Made by a program: the position numbers and the translations under genes
The notes under the pieces: generated by a model
Told to the model about the DNA's origin: nothing
What the model saw: only the letters and a program-made list of their open reading frames with translations
Databases searched by the model: none
NCBI GenBank assembly: GCA_965213685.1
Contig: CBDBZY010000064.1
Location: forward strand, 1,216,001-1,280,000
Source of the DNA: a bacterium
GTDB taxonomy: Bacteria; UBA8248
Reading direction: 5' to 3'
Length of the DNA stretch: 64,000 nucleotides
Part shown: piece by piece, positions 12,573-25,398 of the stretch
Layout of the letters: every line of letters begins with the position of its first letter
Position numbering within the stretch: the first letter of the stretch is position 1

Positions 12573-14029
12573 GGTATGACAGGAGTTTACGTTTAGCCCA
12601 GGATGTTGCGGCATAGAACAGCTCTATTCTTCACGTGCTACATGCAATTGATATCAAATTTGAGCTACAACCAGTCCAGCCTGCCTACTTCAAGTATTTT
12701 AGTTCTCAAGGTCAACAGAAAATGATGGAGAAGGTTTGAGTACCAGATGGAATGTAATTAAATTTTGCTCTCTTGCATGATAACTCTGTGGAAGAACACA
12801 TTATGAACTCTAGTTCGCAGCATGATCATTCATGCATAACTAGGTAACTTTTCATCGCAGGCCGCCTTGTACAGTGAAGTTCAGTCTCGTCCGCCTTTTG
12901 CAATATATTTCACCCATAACATTTGCGCAACACATCAATTTGTCTAAAATGTATGGGCGACAGTGGCGGCCTGCGATACACACGTGTACGTGACCTTCGA
13001 GAGTTTGTGTACCAAGTTTGAGACGCTGCTTTTACTTCTAGAGCATGCAATGCTCAAATGAGTCCACCCTCAAAAAATGTAGCGTACATTGATCTACCTT
13101 TTCTCACTGAAAAGTGAATTTAGCGATGCTTCTCATGGAAAGCAGCTAACGATCAACGACGGCAAGGATCGACAAGCCTACAAGCGCTACCATCACTTCT
13201 GATGTTACGGGCCTGGGCTAAAAATAGCGTAGCCAAGTGCACGTGGCTAGCTAGCCTAGCCTAGCCAGCCCCTCCCCCTCACGTGGCAACCCAGTAAATG
13301 CAAACCACAAACATCCATTGATATGCACGTGTCCCAGATGCAATGGCTACCTCTAGTTGTCGAAGCTTGTCCGTCCCTTCCGCCTTACACGCGAAGCGTG
13401 GAGTAGGCTACTCGTCCAGATTCCGTGTATCCAAAGAACTTCCACCAGGCTGGCGTCAGGAGCAGAAGAGCCCAAAGTACACCGTGTGGTACGATGATAA
13501 GGGAATCACTACAAGTCGAGCGTGGAACTCAAGCACACTTTGCGAGAACAGGGCCTACTTACGGACGTCAGTGAGGTTGAAACAGAGACTGAAACTGGTG
13601 GAGAGACCTCTGGAGAGATGGGGAGCAATTATACCTGTCTAAGAACCTTATACTTGTGTGCTTACCCATTTGTCTGAAAAGCAGACTGTAGGTGCAGTAG
13701 TGCAGCCTCTAGCGGAAGATCAGTTGTCGACAATGCACCAGCACTAGCCATAGTAAACTTGTAAGTGCTACACGCGGCGCAGTGTACGCAATGTACCCAT
13801 GTGGAATCAAACGCACAATGTTATGTAATCTTGTTATGATTACTGTGATAACAATAGCGTGTAGAATGTAATTACAATGTATCTCTACAGCGCATTGTCA
13901 AGGGGATAGATCTGAAACGCTTTCACTGCGTGCACTTTCACTGTAGTTTCGGTATAGCACCAGACACTGTATATCATACCTCCAACTTTCAGTCACTTCC
14001 CTGGGATCAACCTAAACTCCTGTCATACC
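12573..14029 (+). mobile_element. Kolobok-type non-autonomous DNA transposon
   Basis: TTAA-GGTATGACAGGAGTTTA...TAAACTCCTGTCATACC-TTAA (TTAA TSD, GG..CC termini). Confidence 0.75.
13343..13620 (+). pseudogene. MBD-like N-terminal coding remnant inside the Kolobok element
   Basis: ELPPGWRQEQKSPKYTVWYDDKG, then after a 1-nt frameshift HYKSSVELKHTL and an acidic tract. Resembles MBD LPPGW..EE...DVYYFSPSGKKFRSKPQL. Confidence 0.5.
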
Positions 14030-14302
14030 TTAAGAGGACACCCAAGAATCAAAACTGCATCACTGAGCTTCACTTCCAGGTAGCAATTTGTCACAGGTGA
14101 ACAGTGCTATAATCCAGTCATACATGTACTTGGGAGCCACTGATTTTGTAAGGAGTCAGTAGTTTCTCTGAGGCTATGTACATGTATAGGGATGGCGCCG
14201 ACTGGCCCATAGTGCATGTACATTCTATACAGACCTGTGTGGCTAGGTATACTCATATCTAAACTTGACAAACTATTCACTAGCCAAAGTGATAAAATGA
14301 GA

Positions 14303-14344
14303 GCCAAACGTTTCGACCACTCTCCAGTGGTCATTCTCAGTGGC
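14303..14344 (-). ncRNA. Hammerhead copy in the inverted pLTR (core G8>A)
   Basis: gcca-CTGAGAA-tgaccac..gtggtc-GAAACGTT-tggc. Confidence 0.65.
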
Positions 14345-14507
14345 AATGCAGAGGTACAACACAAACGCACACTATATACAAGTACAAAATGGAAATAGAT
14401 GGACAAATGAATACCAATGGTTGTGAAGGTAACAGAGCTCATGCACAAACCATACAACCCCACATCATGATGAGGTTGCAAGGACCCGACTGGCTCAGGA
14501 CACTTCC

Positions 14508-15323
14508 TTGTGTGACTGTACGTGTCTCACAGCAGATGAAGTCACAATGCTACTGAGCTTCTGTCTGAATCCCACATATTGTGCATTTGCTGGCCAGTTC
14601 TTCAAGCAAAGTTTTGGCACAGCCATGGGTTCTCCAGTATCGGATAAGTATTTACATTTTACATCCCACCATCCCATTGCTCACAAGCTGTCGGTCGTGA
14701 GGACTCTCTTATCGCAAGTAGAGAAATTGTGTACATCTGAAGATGACAAACAAGAAGAAATTGCACATGTCAGAAAGTCATTGCGTATGAATGGCTATCC
14801 AGCTAGCATAGTTAAGAGGAGGTATCTCAACCACAATCAGCCACTTGTTGAGAGGGAGAATCCCAAAGCCAGAGTTGTGTTGCCCTACGTGAGAGGTCTC
14901 TCCGAGTCCATCCGTAGGGTCTTGGCTACGGTTAACGTATGGACGTCCCTTAGATCTCTGCGTGATGTTTTGATCCATCCGAAAGATCCGGTGCCACCTG
15001 AGGAGAAGAAAGGAGTGGTGTATAGGATACCGTGCGCAGAATGTGACATGACTTACGTCGGTCAAACCGGCAGGACTTCGAATCTTCGGAAAAAGGAGCA
15101 TTTCAGAGCCTTAAGGAATGTAGATCCTTCGACATCCGCGGTTGCTGAACATGCCCTCCAGAATGGTCACGACATAGCGCAGAGTGATGCACAAGTGTTG
15201 GCGTCGAATTCTTGCTCCACCCAGAGATGTGCTATTGAGGCTTGGTACATCAGATTCGAATCCAGACCTATGAATAGAGAGACTGGTTGTTTGCCTGTTG
15301 TTTATGACACTCTCATTCGTTAA
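14508..15323 (+). pseudogene. PLE RT (partial, internally deleted) + GIY-YIG endonuclease
   Basis: GTAMGSPVS, YLHFTSHHP, NGYP, LPYV, GVVYRIPC.EC...YVGQTGR, EH..AVAEHA. The RYVDD core is absent. Confidence 0.9.
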
Positions 15324-15448
15324 TCATGATGTGGTGTTGTATTATTTGTGCATGAGCTCTGTTACCTTCACAACCATTGGTATTCATTTGTCCATCTATT
15401 TCCGTTTTTGACTTGTATATAGTGTGCGTTTGTGTTGTACCCCTGCAT

Positions 15449-15490
15449 AGCCACTGAGGATGACCGCTGGAGTGGTCGAAACATTTGGCT
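15449..15490 (+). ncRNA. Minimal hammerhead ribozyme in the PLE pLTR
   Basis: agcca-CTGAGGA-tgacc[gctggagt]ggtc-GAAAC-att-tggct: core boxes, stem II and stem I are present. Confidence 0.75.
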
Positions 15491-16071
15491 CTCATTTTAT
15501 CACTTTGGCTAGTGAATAGTTTGTCAAGTTTAGTTAGTGCATGTACATGTACATACACAAGCCTACTAAACTCCCCTGCGTTAGCATTTTGGGCTGTTAT
15601 AGGCACTTACCTACCCTTTTTCAGCATTTTCTACCCAAAGATATGTACTTCCCAAGTAGCTAAGGTCTAACATTTGAGGGGCTCAGCCCCTTTTTCACAA
15701 ACATGCTATCATACATGTATACTAAAGGTGTTGGTGCTTCACTTAGAGGACAACAACTTCCTGTATGGTACTGTGGTACAACAGAATAGCACACAACAAG
15801 TATGAAAAACATTTTCCAAAAATGTAGAGGGATGTTGGGATGACAGTGCCTAAAACCACACAAACTAGTTATATGGATGGCAGTGTGCAGGCAACACACA
15901 GGTAACCTCATCCCTACATCCCTTTTTCAATACAACATGCATCTGAGCTTGGATGGCAGTGTGCAGGCAACACACAAGTAACCTCATCCCTACATCCCTT
16001 TTTCAATAGAGCATGTACGTATCTAAGCTTTTTTGTCAGATTACTGGAAACAGCTTTGTGTGGATAACAAA

Positions 16072-16627
16072 AAATGAAAAGCACTAAAGTGAAAACCCTC
16101 GGCACAGTTACACAGCATGCTACAACAGCTTGCACAGATGATACAAGCATTGCTGGTTTAATACTCAATTGGGCTATAGTGTAGTGTCTTGCCTTGTCTT
16201 TCATGCTGTAGAGTCTGTGCACGTACGCACGTGTGCACATACTATAGCCCTGTACCCAGGCTAGGCCCTCTCCTGCACGCGGAATCATACAGATGACCTT
16301 TGTCCCCATAAGATAGTGTGCATAACACGTAAGCAAACGTGTAACGGAGAGTATATGAAACATTGCACGTAAATAGCACGTCAAGACAAAATGGCCATCC
16401 TCACCAAGGTAAGTAAAAGTGCTCAAACTTTCGAACCAGGCATGTTTAGGAAAATTACAATTGCCTCAAATCCGACACTTAACACATGGTATCTTTGGTT
16501 TTACTTGTGATTGCGTGCTGCCAGAATAGCGTGCAGATGTACAGACAGACAGACACCCACACACACACACACACACACACAGAACAACTACTGTAACCCT
16601 TGCTGCACGTGCACACCGAGGGTTAAC
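16072..16627 (-). mobile_element. HINE copy
   Basis: aaatgaaaagcactaaagtgaaaaccctcgg ... (AC)n ... ccgagggttaa. Confidence 0.75.
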
Positions 16628-17137
16628 GATGTAGGGATAGGGTTTCGTACTTGTGTAGTCCTCTGTGTTACCTGCACATTGCCATTCATGTATGCACCTA
16701 GTTTGTGTGGTTTTTGGCACTGCCATCTCTACATCCCTCTACATTTTTGGAAGATGATTTTTCATACTTGTAAAAGTGTGTGTGTGTGTGTGTGTGTGTG
16801 TGAGTGAGTGATGCGATGTATACCTGCATGGCATAGAGTTTATACATGAATATTTATAGTCCCATGTGTTTGCCTACAAGGTACGTACATATGTGTGAAC
16901 AAACTTTACAGACCAAACATTACATGGTGTATGTTCAAGGCTTCTCTGTGTACAGAACCATACAACGTATGTAGCTGCTACTGTACTCTGACGAGACTCT
17001 GGGTAACACATGGACCCTCAAACCCAAGAATGAATTAAAGTAGTCGCCCTCGAAGAATACCCACTATACAGTAGTTCTGGTGTGTGATTCATGTATGTAT
17101 ATAGTTGGTATATCATTATGTTTTGTAATGTGCATAG

Positions 17138-17257
17138 ATAATCAACCTCTTGAAGACAATGGGACTACAGCAGCACAAAGAGAAGTTCATGCAGGAAATG
17201 ATTAGTGGTGAAGTCTTGCTGCAATGTGATGATCAAATGTTAGAGACTGAACTGGAG
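17138..17257 (+). CDS. SAM-domain exon (exon n-1)
   Basis: catag| ... GAG|gtacgt; 120 nt encoding IINLLKTMGLQQHKEKFMQEMISGEVLLQCDDQMLETELE, a canonical SAM core. Not in the ORF track. Confidence 0.85.
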
Positions 17258-17899
17258 GTACGTACGTGTGTTTGTACATCATATGTATGTACATAACATA
17301 GGAAAAAGAATGTTCAGGCTAACAGGTTAGCCAATGTGAGTCACCCACTGTACAGAATACCTGTTGGTCAAACTTCAACAGCTGTGTTGTGTGGGCCAGG
17401 AATTTGAGCATTTCACTTTTCACATGTACAGTACTGACAGCTGTACCCTGACTAGTTGCACTCCTATTATGTAGCTTCAAGTCAGAACCATTGCTACTTC
17501 TAAAGAAAAAAGATATGCTAACATTATATGTACGTAACCCACTTGGACCTGGCATGGTAGTCAAGGAGTCCGATAACAAGGCGTACAGCTCATGTATTTT
17601 CACTGACATTTGAGTTTACAGAATACTAGTGCACTGTGATGGACCTGCATGCAAGAATGATAAAGCAATTGCCTTCTTACGTTACTGACGACAATGACAC
17701 AAAGCAATGGTGAGTACAACTGACACACGACATTCACTACCAAGACAGACTCATGCACCACACTGACATACAACCTGATTGACCTCCTAATCTGCGAGTC
17801 CTCTAATCACAACACTCAAATCTAACACTACCAAATGTGGTATGCACACACACAATGACAGTAAGAGTCCACCACATCCTTTTGCACATCAAACTTGTT

Positions 17900-19140
17900 C
17901 AATTAATGGAATCACCACTCACGGGGAAAGTCCGTCAGCATTGGTTCAGTACCACCCCTAAACTGTGATCAGAAGCATCTGTTTGCAACAAGAACAGTTT
18001 GTGTAACAGGTGTCGAATACAGGGCTAGCTTCTTGAGGTGGGCAGGAAGACCAGCACTTCATCTCCTGACTGAAAAGATCTCTTACACATGCTGTTCTGT
18101 CATACATACCATGTTTTCTGGCATGTTTGAGCTTCCCTGCCACACAGTATCTCGAAAGGGGATAATCCAGTCAATTCCTGAGGGACCTCCCAGTATGCAA
18201 ACAACAGGTAGAGAACTAACCGTCTCAGTTCGTGCCCTCTGATGCTGTCTTGTGCAACATGCTATCGAGCGTTTGATTGAAACATTCCACAAAACCGTCG
18301 CTTTGGGGATGGTATGGACTGGTATGAAGCCCCTCAATGTGCAGCAGTTGATACAGCACTTTCAGTAGCTGTCCTCAAAAGTTTCAAACACCTCCATCAG
18401 CTCTTCTGCAATGGTAGGGGCGTCAATTGTTCGTAATGGGACTGCTTCAGGTACCATTCCATAGTTGCAGATCATGAGCACATACTGATTCTCTGCCACA
18501 ATATCCCTTGTGATTCTTGAAAATGGCTCAGTGACTACAGACAAGGGATCATGAGGGCTCAAGGAACCTTGTGTTTCCTGAACTTCTGGCACTTCTCACA
18601 ACTACAGCAGAATGCACCAATGTCCCTGTGCATCGTAGGCCAGTAGAATCTCTGGCACATTCTTTGTGTGGTATTTTTCCTTCCCAAGTGCCCAGCTGGT
18701 GGGACACAAGTGGGCCACCTCAATTACTTTCTTTCGATTACCCATGAGTGAGAACCAGCTGATTAACCACTTCTCCATCACTGGACTCCTTTTTCTGAAG
18801 TAGGAGTGGGTTGCAGTTGAGGTATTCTGCTCAGCCAGGCTCCTGGCAACCTCCATTGTCACATTATCTTGCATTCTCTGCAACTCACTTCCTGTAATGC
18901 CCAGTTGCGACCCAGACTCCACTCTCTCTTGTTTTGGGTGGTCATTAGCCCTGATAAGACCTCTTCTTGTCTGTCCTGTTGTTTCTCTCGTCGGGTAGGC
19001 ACACTCACATTGGGAGTTCTACAAAGATATTTTCAGCTAGGCCACTGTCAAACACCTCCTCAGATCCAGGATGACTGGAGTCATCGGCACCCACTGAGTC
19101 TCCTGGTAGCCCTGTGACTGGATATGGGTGGGCACCACTT
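17900..19140 (-). pseudogene. Decayed Gypsy/Ty3 LTR retrotransposon integrase region (possibly Gmr1-like)
   Basis: VIEVAH..GHLG..RFYWP..C..C zinc finger across frameshifts; EPFSRITRDIV..YVLMICNY..PEAVPLRTIDAPTIAEELM. Confidence 0.75.
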
Positions 19141-20937
19141 CCTTTCTCCTTGCAGAGCTGGTCTGCACTTGCCCTTTGACCTCACACAAAACCTTCTCAG
19201 ATTAGAAGCAAAAGAACCACATTACTCCACAAGCCTTTTGCACCAACTGCACTTTCCCTTTGACCTGACGTAAAATTGTGCCAGAATGAAGTGCATGAAA
19301 CAACTCTGAGACCTCTTTACAGCAGTCTGTACAGTTGCAAGTCACGCGAACACATGTGCAGTCGTATTGACCTCCAACCTTTGCCTATAACATGCACACA
19401 TACTATAGGTTTGGCTCATGCCAGACAAGTAGAGCGTGGTAGGAAGAATTCATATATTATTGTGTACATGAACCATTGAAAATGAATACAATCATTAGCT
19501 TTGGATATATAAGGAACATTTGTAACTTCAATCACTGCTTTGAATTATAAGTGATAATTACACAAGTGATAGTGTAGTGTTATAATAAATCCTTTTTCAT
19601 CAATATCCATGCTTAAATGGTGAGCTGCACCATATTTCTACGGATACAAGTGGTTTAGGTGCCACAGAGTGCCACTATAAAGTTATTCATGAATGGTTAG
19701 AGGGCTGTTTCTATGCTATACGATGGCTTAGCTCTTGGGGTACTTACTGGTGACTTCCATTTTGATAAATCACTTGCAGCCATTGTGTACTACTCTCACG
19801 TTCCCATCACAGTATTAGCACAGTAGTACTTGGTGTAGAGAAGGCTATGGTCTGCAACACAATAACCATACACTTCACAGAGATCTGTATCTTTTCTCTG
19901 CTATAGTGTAAATATGGCTGAGGTTTATTTCAACCTATAAAGAGCCCTTTGTACCTAATTCTTTTACATTCACGAATCATGTGAAAGGCTCTTTGTAGTT
20001 AACACAATTCTTGAAAGTACCCATTTAAATGCTAAATATCCAGTCTCATCTACATCTTGTCTCCTTACTTTCAATGCTATTTTTCCCCTTTCAATTCAAA
20101 TGAGACTTGAATATTATATATGTATTAGGGTGAACAAAAACAACATAAGAACATGCGTGGTCATATGCTCACAAATGTGAAGTTTATTACCAGACTTGTA
20201 TTTGGATTTTGACTGGAAGGGTCCAACTGACAGGCAGAGAGGTAGGTGTGATGCAATCAATTCCCACTTGACAGCAAACATAAACCAGCTTCAGAGTAAT
20301 ATCCAGGAAGGCAGTGATGGAGAGCAAGGTCATTCCACTTATCCAAAGAAGATGGAGACCAAGGAGATGGGGTGAGGAGCAAGTGCTGAGCTCTCTGGAT
20401 ACAAATACATATCTACTGCTCATCGGGCCAGGGCAGTGGCTGCTGCTGTTGAGCAGGCCGTTCTGACAAGAACAGAGGAGTAAGTATAGAGAACAGAAGG
20501 ACAAATACAAATCTTCTGCGACGAGCTATAACTCACTGTGGACACTAACTGAACTGAAGTGTTTCCCGTTCTCCTGCAACACAACTACATGCCTAACGAG
20601 CTGTCAAAACCACTTTGGCAGTCGACTTTACAAGTTCAGAAAATGGCACAAGTTTTCATTCCAGCCTATTTCATCCCTATAATCCAAGCTTGCATGAATA
20701 GCTTGTAATAAAGCAATGCACGAGCTCCATGTACACTAGCCGTGCTACACTCCCAGGTGGGGCTCAGTCATGGTAGGTGGGGCTAGGGTCAGAGGTCAAC
20801 CAGCTTGTGTTTGCACTGTACAGGCTGTGTAAAGCGGTCCTGGAGTTGAAAACACTCTTAGTTGGCTAGGATAACTCATAGTCCTCAGTACTCAACAAAC
20901 ACTAGCCGCAAATTTGCTGTTCAAAAACAACTTTTTA

Positions 20938-20985
20938 TGCCAAATGTTTCAGTCACTGATCTGTGACCGACCTTCTTCAGTGGCA
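20938..20985 (-). ncRNA. Orphan hammerhead-ribozyme motif (solo PLE/retrozyme remnant)
   Basis: tgcca-CTGAAGA-aggtc-ggtcac[agatca]gtgact-GAAAC-att-tggca. Confidence 0.55.
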
Positions 20986-21029
20986 AGTACACAAACAAAG
21001 GCAATGCAGTTGTTTCATGCACTTTACTC

Positions 21030-21590
21030 TGGAGACTGAGGCTAGGTAGAGCATGGTTCTCCATATACGTAATTTAACCTTCCTAACCTCTCACAAATCA
21101 ATTATGTACTCCTTCCTAAAGCAAGCATACAATTGAAATTCTTCGTCCAAGCTCACAACCTAACACAAAAGCAGCCCTTTCAATATTATCTAATGCTTCG
21201 AAGTCTTTAAAAGCTTCTCCTAATGTGGACCTGAGCGTAATCATGAACTCTTTCCTATTATTCTTGTAAGCAGGACACTCCCATAAAACATGGACAATAC
21301 TCTCGCATTCATCACCACATAAAACACGCTCAGTCCTGCCATTCCTGCCCTTATGCCCACTTAACTCCTCCTTCAAACCATGTGTTCCTGACCTAAATTT
21401 ATACAAGGGTCTAGTTCCAGCATCACTAACCCCTCTTGAACTCTACTTCCTTACCAAATGTTTTATACAACTCTAACTTAACCTTGCTATTCAATCCTTC
21501 CACATACTCTTTACTTTCTCTACATATTCATTCACATTCGACAAAAACAGGTTTAATGGCCATTGCCCTAATATTATCTAACAATTCCCT
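21030..21590 (-). mobile_element. LINE 3' coding fragment (post-RT zinc-knuckle region)
   Basis: KFRSGTHGLKEEL..LCGDECESIVHVLWECPAY. Confidence 0.75.
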
Positions 21591-21880
21591 GATGATGGAA
21601 GATTAATTTGATATATAGTATGACCCACTAGCATATAACCTTCCATCTAATCTGGGAAGGTTTTACATGAGGTCAAAGTGCAACACCAGTTGGTGCAAAA
21701 GCTTTGCGGAGTACTGTTGCTCTTTGCTGGGAAGGTTTTATGTGAGGTCAAAGGTCGCCGGATTGGGAGAATGCCCCACTCATTGAACCTCATTTACTAA
21801 GTCATGTAAAAGCTCCCTATGAAACACCCACTTCTTATACTAAGGAGTTTTACATGAGTTGCAGTCACGTACACTATTAC

Positions 21881-22735
21881 TAGTCTCGCGCGCCAGACGC
21901 TTGGAAAACACAGGTATCGTCAAGCTTGCAATGAGGGTTGGTTCCGCACTGTCAGCATTGAGTGATAATATAAACAGCTGGTAAGGTAATGTGAACTGTC
22001 CGTTATGAATATGATTAGAGCCTCCAAGCATCACACACATGAACTCTATCATTACACTTACTTATTGACTGTAAGGCAAATTAGGTAACATTTGTGCATG
22101 CAGTAACTTCTTGAAGTCACCTTGAATGCTATTTTTATGGGACAAAGCAGATTGGTAGCTGTGATGCATGTAGAAGTAATGTATGTACACTAGAAAACGT
22201 TTGACTGTACTGCAGACAACTTACAGGGCCTAGCGTATGAACCGTTTGAGATTTTGCACATTACACGTGTACATTGAGCGCTTAGTGCTGATACAGCGCC
22301 TAATCACGAATTGCTATGGCCTAGAAGACTCGTTACATCCACAGACATAGCGAGTGCTAGTGAGTTTTCAGAACAAAAATCATCCATGCTGCCCCCAGGG
22401 TAAAGTAGAAAGGCAACAAAGTTCGGAAAAAAGTGCTGACTCAGCACTTTACACTGACCGGTGTCCGCCCCCTTATTAGCGCTTTGGTGTGGGATACACT
22501 AGCGCTGTGCTACACAGACTTCATTTAGTCACCACATACTACTAGATCACCGCAATCAGATATTTGTGGCCAGCAGTATAAACTGTTGAAAAACTGTGAA
22601 AAAATTCACGATTACGGTCATTAAAGGGTTAATGGGCAATTATCAGTCCAAGAAATTCCTGGACCCATTGGAACCAAACCGCTATGCGAGTTTAACCAGA
22701 CCCTTTTTTTCCTGAGGGTCTGGCGCATGAGACTA
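21881..22735. mobile_element. TAG..CTA-ended MITE (AcademH-like)
   Basis: tagtctcgcgcgccagac ... gtctggcgcatgagacta. Confidence 0.6.
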
Positions 22736-22740
22736 AAATA

Positions 22741-23230
22741 CCATATGGCGCCAAAGGGCACAATTTTAAAGTTTCACGGAAACAAATTTTGCGGATCACA
22801 AGGATTTAAGTTAGCCACGCCTACTTCTGGACAGCTGCACATGTTTCTTAGTAACAGACGGTTGGTTGCAGCATCAGTGTTCTACCACTTGCTTCCCTTA
22901 CGTAACTTCATTTTTGCTCTGAAGTGACCTTAACATTTTTCACTGGTTCCCAAATTGCATGTCTCGGCCCTTCATTGGCTGATGCGATAGACGCCGAAGT
23001 ACTTCCGATCCCATGACAAAGACCTCAACAATTGGGCAGCTTATCATCGGATTTTCACTTAAAGTATAGCGATAGAATACCATCGATTGATCACCAGCTA
23101 GCTGAAGTTGTGGCAATGTACACATCTTCGACAACTTAGCTTTTATTTCACAGAGCATAATTTTCATGGTTCGCAGCTAATCCGCGAAAACTGCAAAAAT
23201 TATGCTCATCGAAAATTTGGCGCTATACAG
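22741..23230. mobile_element. TA-flanked MITE (Tc1/mariner-like)
   Basis: TA-CCATATGGCGCCAAA ... TTTGGCGCTATACAG-TA. Confidence 0.55.
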
Positions 23231-23320
23231 TATTGCCATGATTGGATCACGGCTGAAGTCACGTAAAATCGTGCCATGATTCAGTCATGGGGGATGTCAT
23301 GTAAAATCGTCCCATGATAG

Positions 23321-23650
23321 AATAATAATAATAATAATTATCAAGAGGCTGCCCTAGCAATCCTGCCATTGACCATGCACCCAGTGTAGGCGGAGCCAGT
23401 TTTACACGAAGCATCATTTATACATGTAGATAACTTACCTGTCGCTCTCCCTGAGTGACTGAACTTACCAAACTTACCTCTTCTCTGCCCCCCAACCACA
23501 GTGCCATCCTTCAGTTCCCCAACCGAGGACTGAGACTGAGGCTGGTTAGAGCATGGTTCTCCATATAATTTAACCTTCCTAACCTCCCACACATCAGTTA
23601 TGTACTCCTTCACTAAAGCAAGCATAGAATCAAAGTTCTCCGTCCCATGG
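23321..23650 (-). mobile_element. 3' end of the same LINE family, with a trinucleotide tail
   Basis: Matches 21030-21150; ORF end VKEYITDVWEVRK..VNGRIARAAS* followed by an (AAT)n run. Confidence 0.75.
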
Positions 23651-23696
23651 TAGAATCATGGAAATTACATCACTTTTACCAAAGCTCCGTCTGACA

Positions 23697-24200
23697 GGCA
23701 TTTAGAAACCCTAGGGCCCTTAGTAGCGCCCTCACTGTGCCCAGGATGCTACAGCTCAGGGCCCTCGGGTTTCTAAATGCCATAGATCCCTGGACTCAGC
23801 GTGTAACTATTATTGATTGGTCAGTGAGCGGTATCTATTTTTTGTAGATACCTTGTCCAGGTATCTGTTTTTTGTGCCTTGAGCAAATCATTTAATGCGT
23901 GGTATCTATTATTTGCGCTGCAGGATTGCACATTACCTCCGCCCTTTCTACAGCATACACACGAAAAGCTTGATGCAATGTTTCATAATAACGTCAGCAC
24001 ACCATGCATGCATGAGGACTTGTGTCCAACGGTAGCGTACAGGCACTTCGCTGTGCTCTAAACTTGTTGGACAACTTATCCAATGGTATTCAGAAACCCT
24101 CAGGCCCTTAGTAGCGTCATCGCTGCACTCAGGACGCTACAGCTCAGGGCCCTCAGGTTTCTAAATACTGTAGATCCCTGGACTCACCATCTAACTAATA
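23697..24200. repeat. Two direct ~115-bp hairpin repeats (23697-23812, 24085-24200)
   Basis: gcatttagaaaccct..gggtttctaaatgc..agatccctggactca repeated. Confidence 0.7.
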
Positions 24201-25299
24201 TTTAACCTCTTGTTCAAGCTTCAACAAAATTGAATAACATGTGTACTTTTTGTATTAAGTGGGGCTAGTGAGTGTAGCCACGTTCTCCAGGCATGTAACG
24301 GCGCAATATAGCATACAGACAGGCGTGCTGTTCATCGCTGTAACCTCGTCCCCAAGCTGTTAGGGGGTGATGGAGGCACCACATATGGCCACTACCTGCC
24401 TTCCAGGAATCGGCTGGTCTCGTCTTTTTTCTAGAAATGCAAGTACAGCATAGTTTATATGTGATTTGGGCTATGTCCTGGCTAGAGGTTGCACAGACCA
24501 TGGCAAAAATAGGCATCTTTGTCGTCGTGTACAAAGGGAAAATTATATGCCAATGTTGCCGTTGTACTTAAAGACAAAATTTTACACCAAACTTGCCTTT
24601 ATGTTACTCAAAGCAAACTTTTACTAGTGCCAGTCCGCGGATTAGCCCTGCGTGACAGACTAGCAGACAGACACCTACACACACAGAACAAGCAAGTTTG
24701 CAATAAACCTTGTTACAGGTCTTTTTGCAACTGGTTTCATAAGACACAGAGCACCAGTACTATTATTTATAATTGCATGGGCAGGATCACTTGTTGGACC
24801 AGGATATACAAACATACGTACTCTGTAGACCTCCATGCTAGATTGAAAATGGTGCATGATTCATGCCTTGACCTTTGAGATAAATGTACAGAAATCTTTC
24901 TGGCACACAAGTACACACTTTGCAGACCGCTGGATGAGAAGACTCAGCACTTCCAGAGAGTCATCATTCCTCAGGAAAAGTGCTGAACACTCATACTTAC
25001 AAAGTCAACATGGACCCCTTACTTTCCCCTCATTAGGCTTGTCCAGACTACACGGCGAACATCCTGTAGTCTTTGGCAACATGCACCGTTGAAATTTGCT
25101 TTGATGTACAAAACTGCTCCTTCTCCGGTATGCGTGTATCACTAGGTGAATCAAGGAAAACACCTTAGCAAATGATGGAGTCAATAGCATTTAATGCCTT
25201 TGCTTGTACACATTTCAAATGTACAGTGATGGGCTTACATACTCCCTACCTGTAGCATGTTTAAAATTGTGTATTCCTCAATATTTCCCACTTTCACAG

Positions 25300-25398
25300 A
25301 TAACATCAAGACTGCACAGAGTACGGCTCCTAAAGGTTATATCAGGTGAACATTCTGTGCAAAACATACTGAAAGGAGAAAACCTAGGACTGTGGTGA
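25300..25398 (+). CDS. Terminal exon of the SAM-domain gene
   Basis: Polypyrimidine tract + cacag|; ITSRLHRVRLLKVISGEHSVQNILKGENLGLW* completes SAM helix 5 (HR..L). Confidence 0.85.
   Translation: MTSRLHRVRLLKVISGEHSVQNILKGENLGLW

Larger units (their letters stand above)
14259..15533 (+). mobile_element. Penelope-like retroelement with inverted pseudo-LTRs
   Basis: 14259-14471 is the reverse complement of 15323-15533; the two flank an RT/GIY-YIG ORF. Confidence 0.9.
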
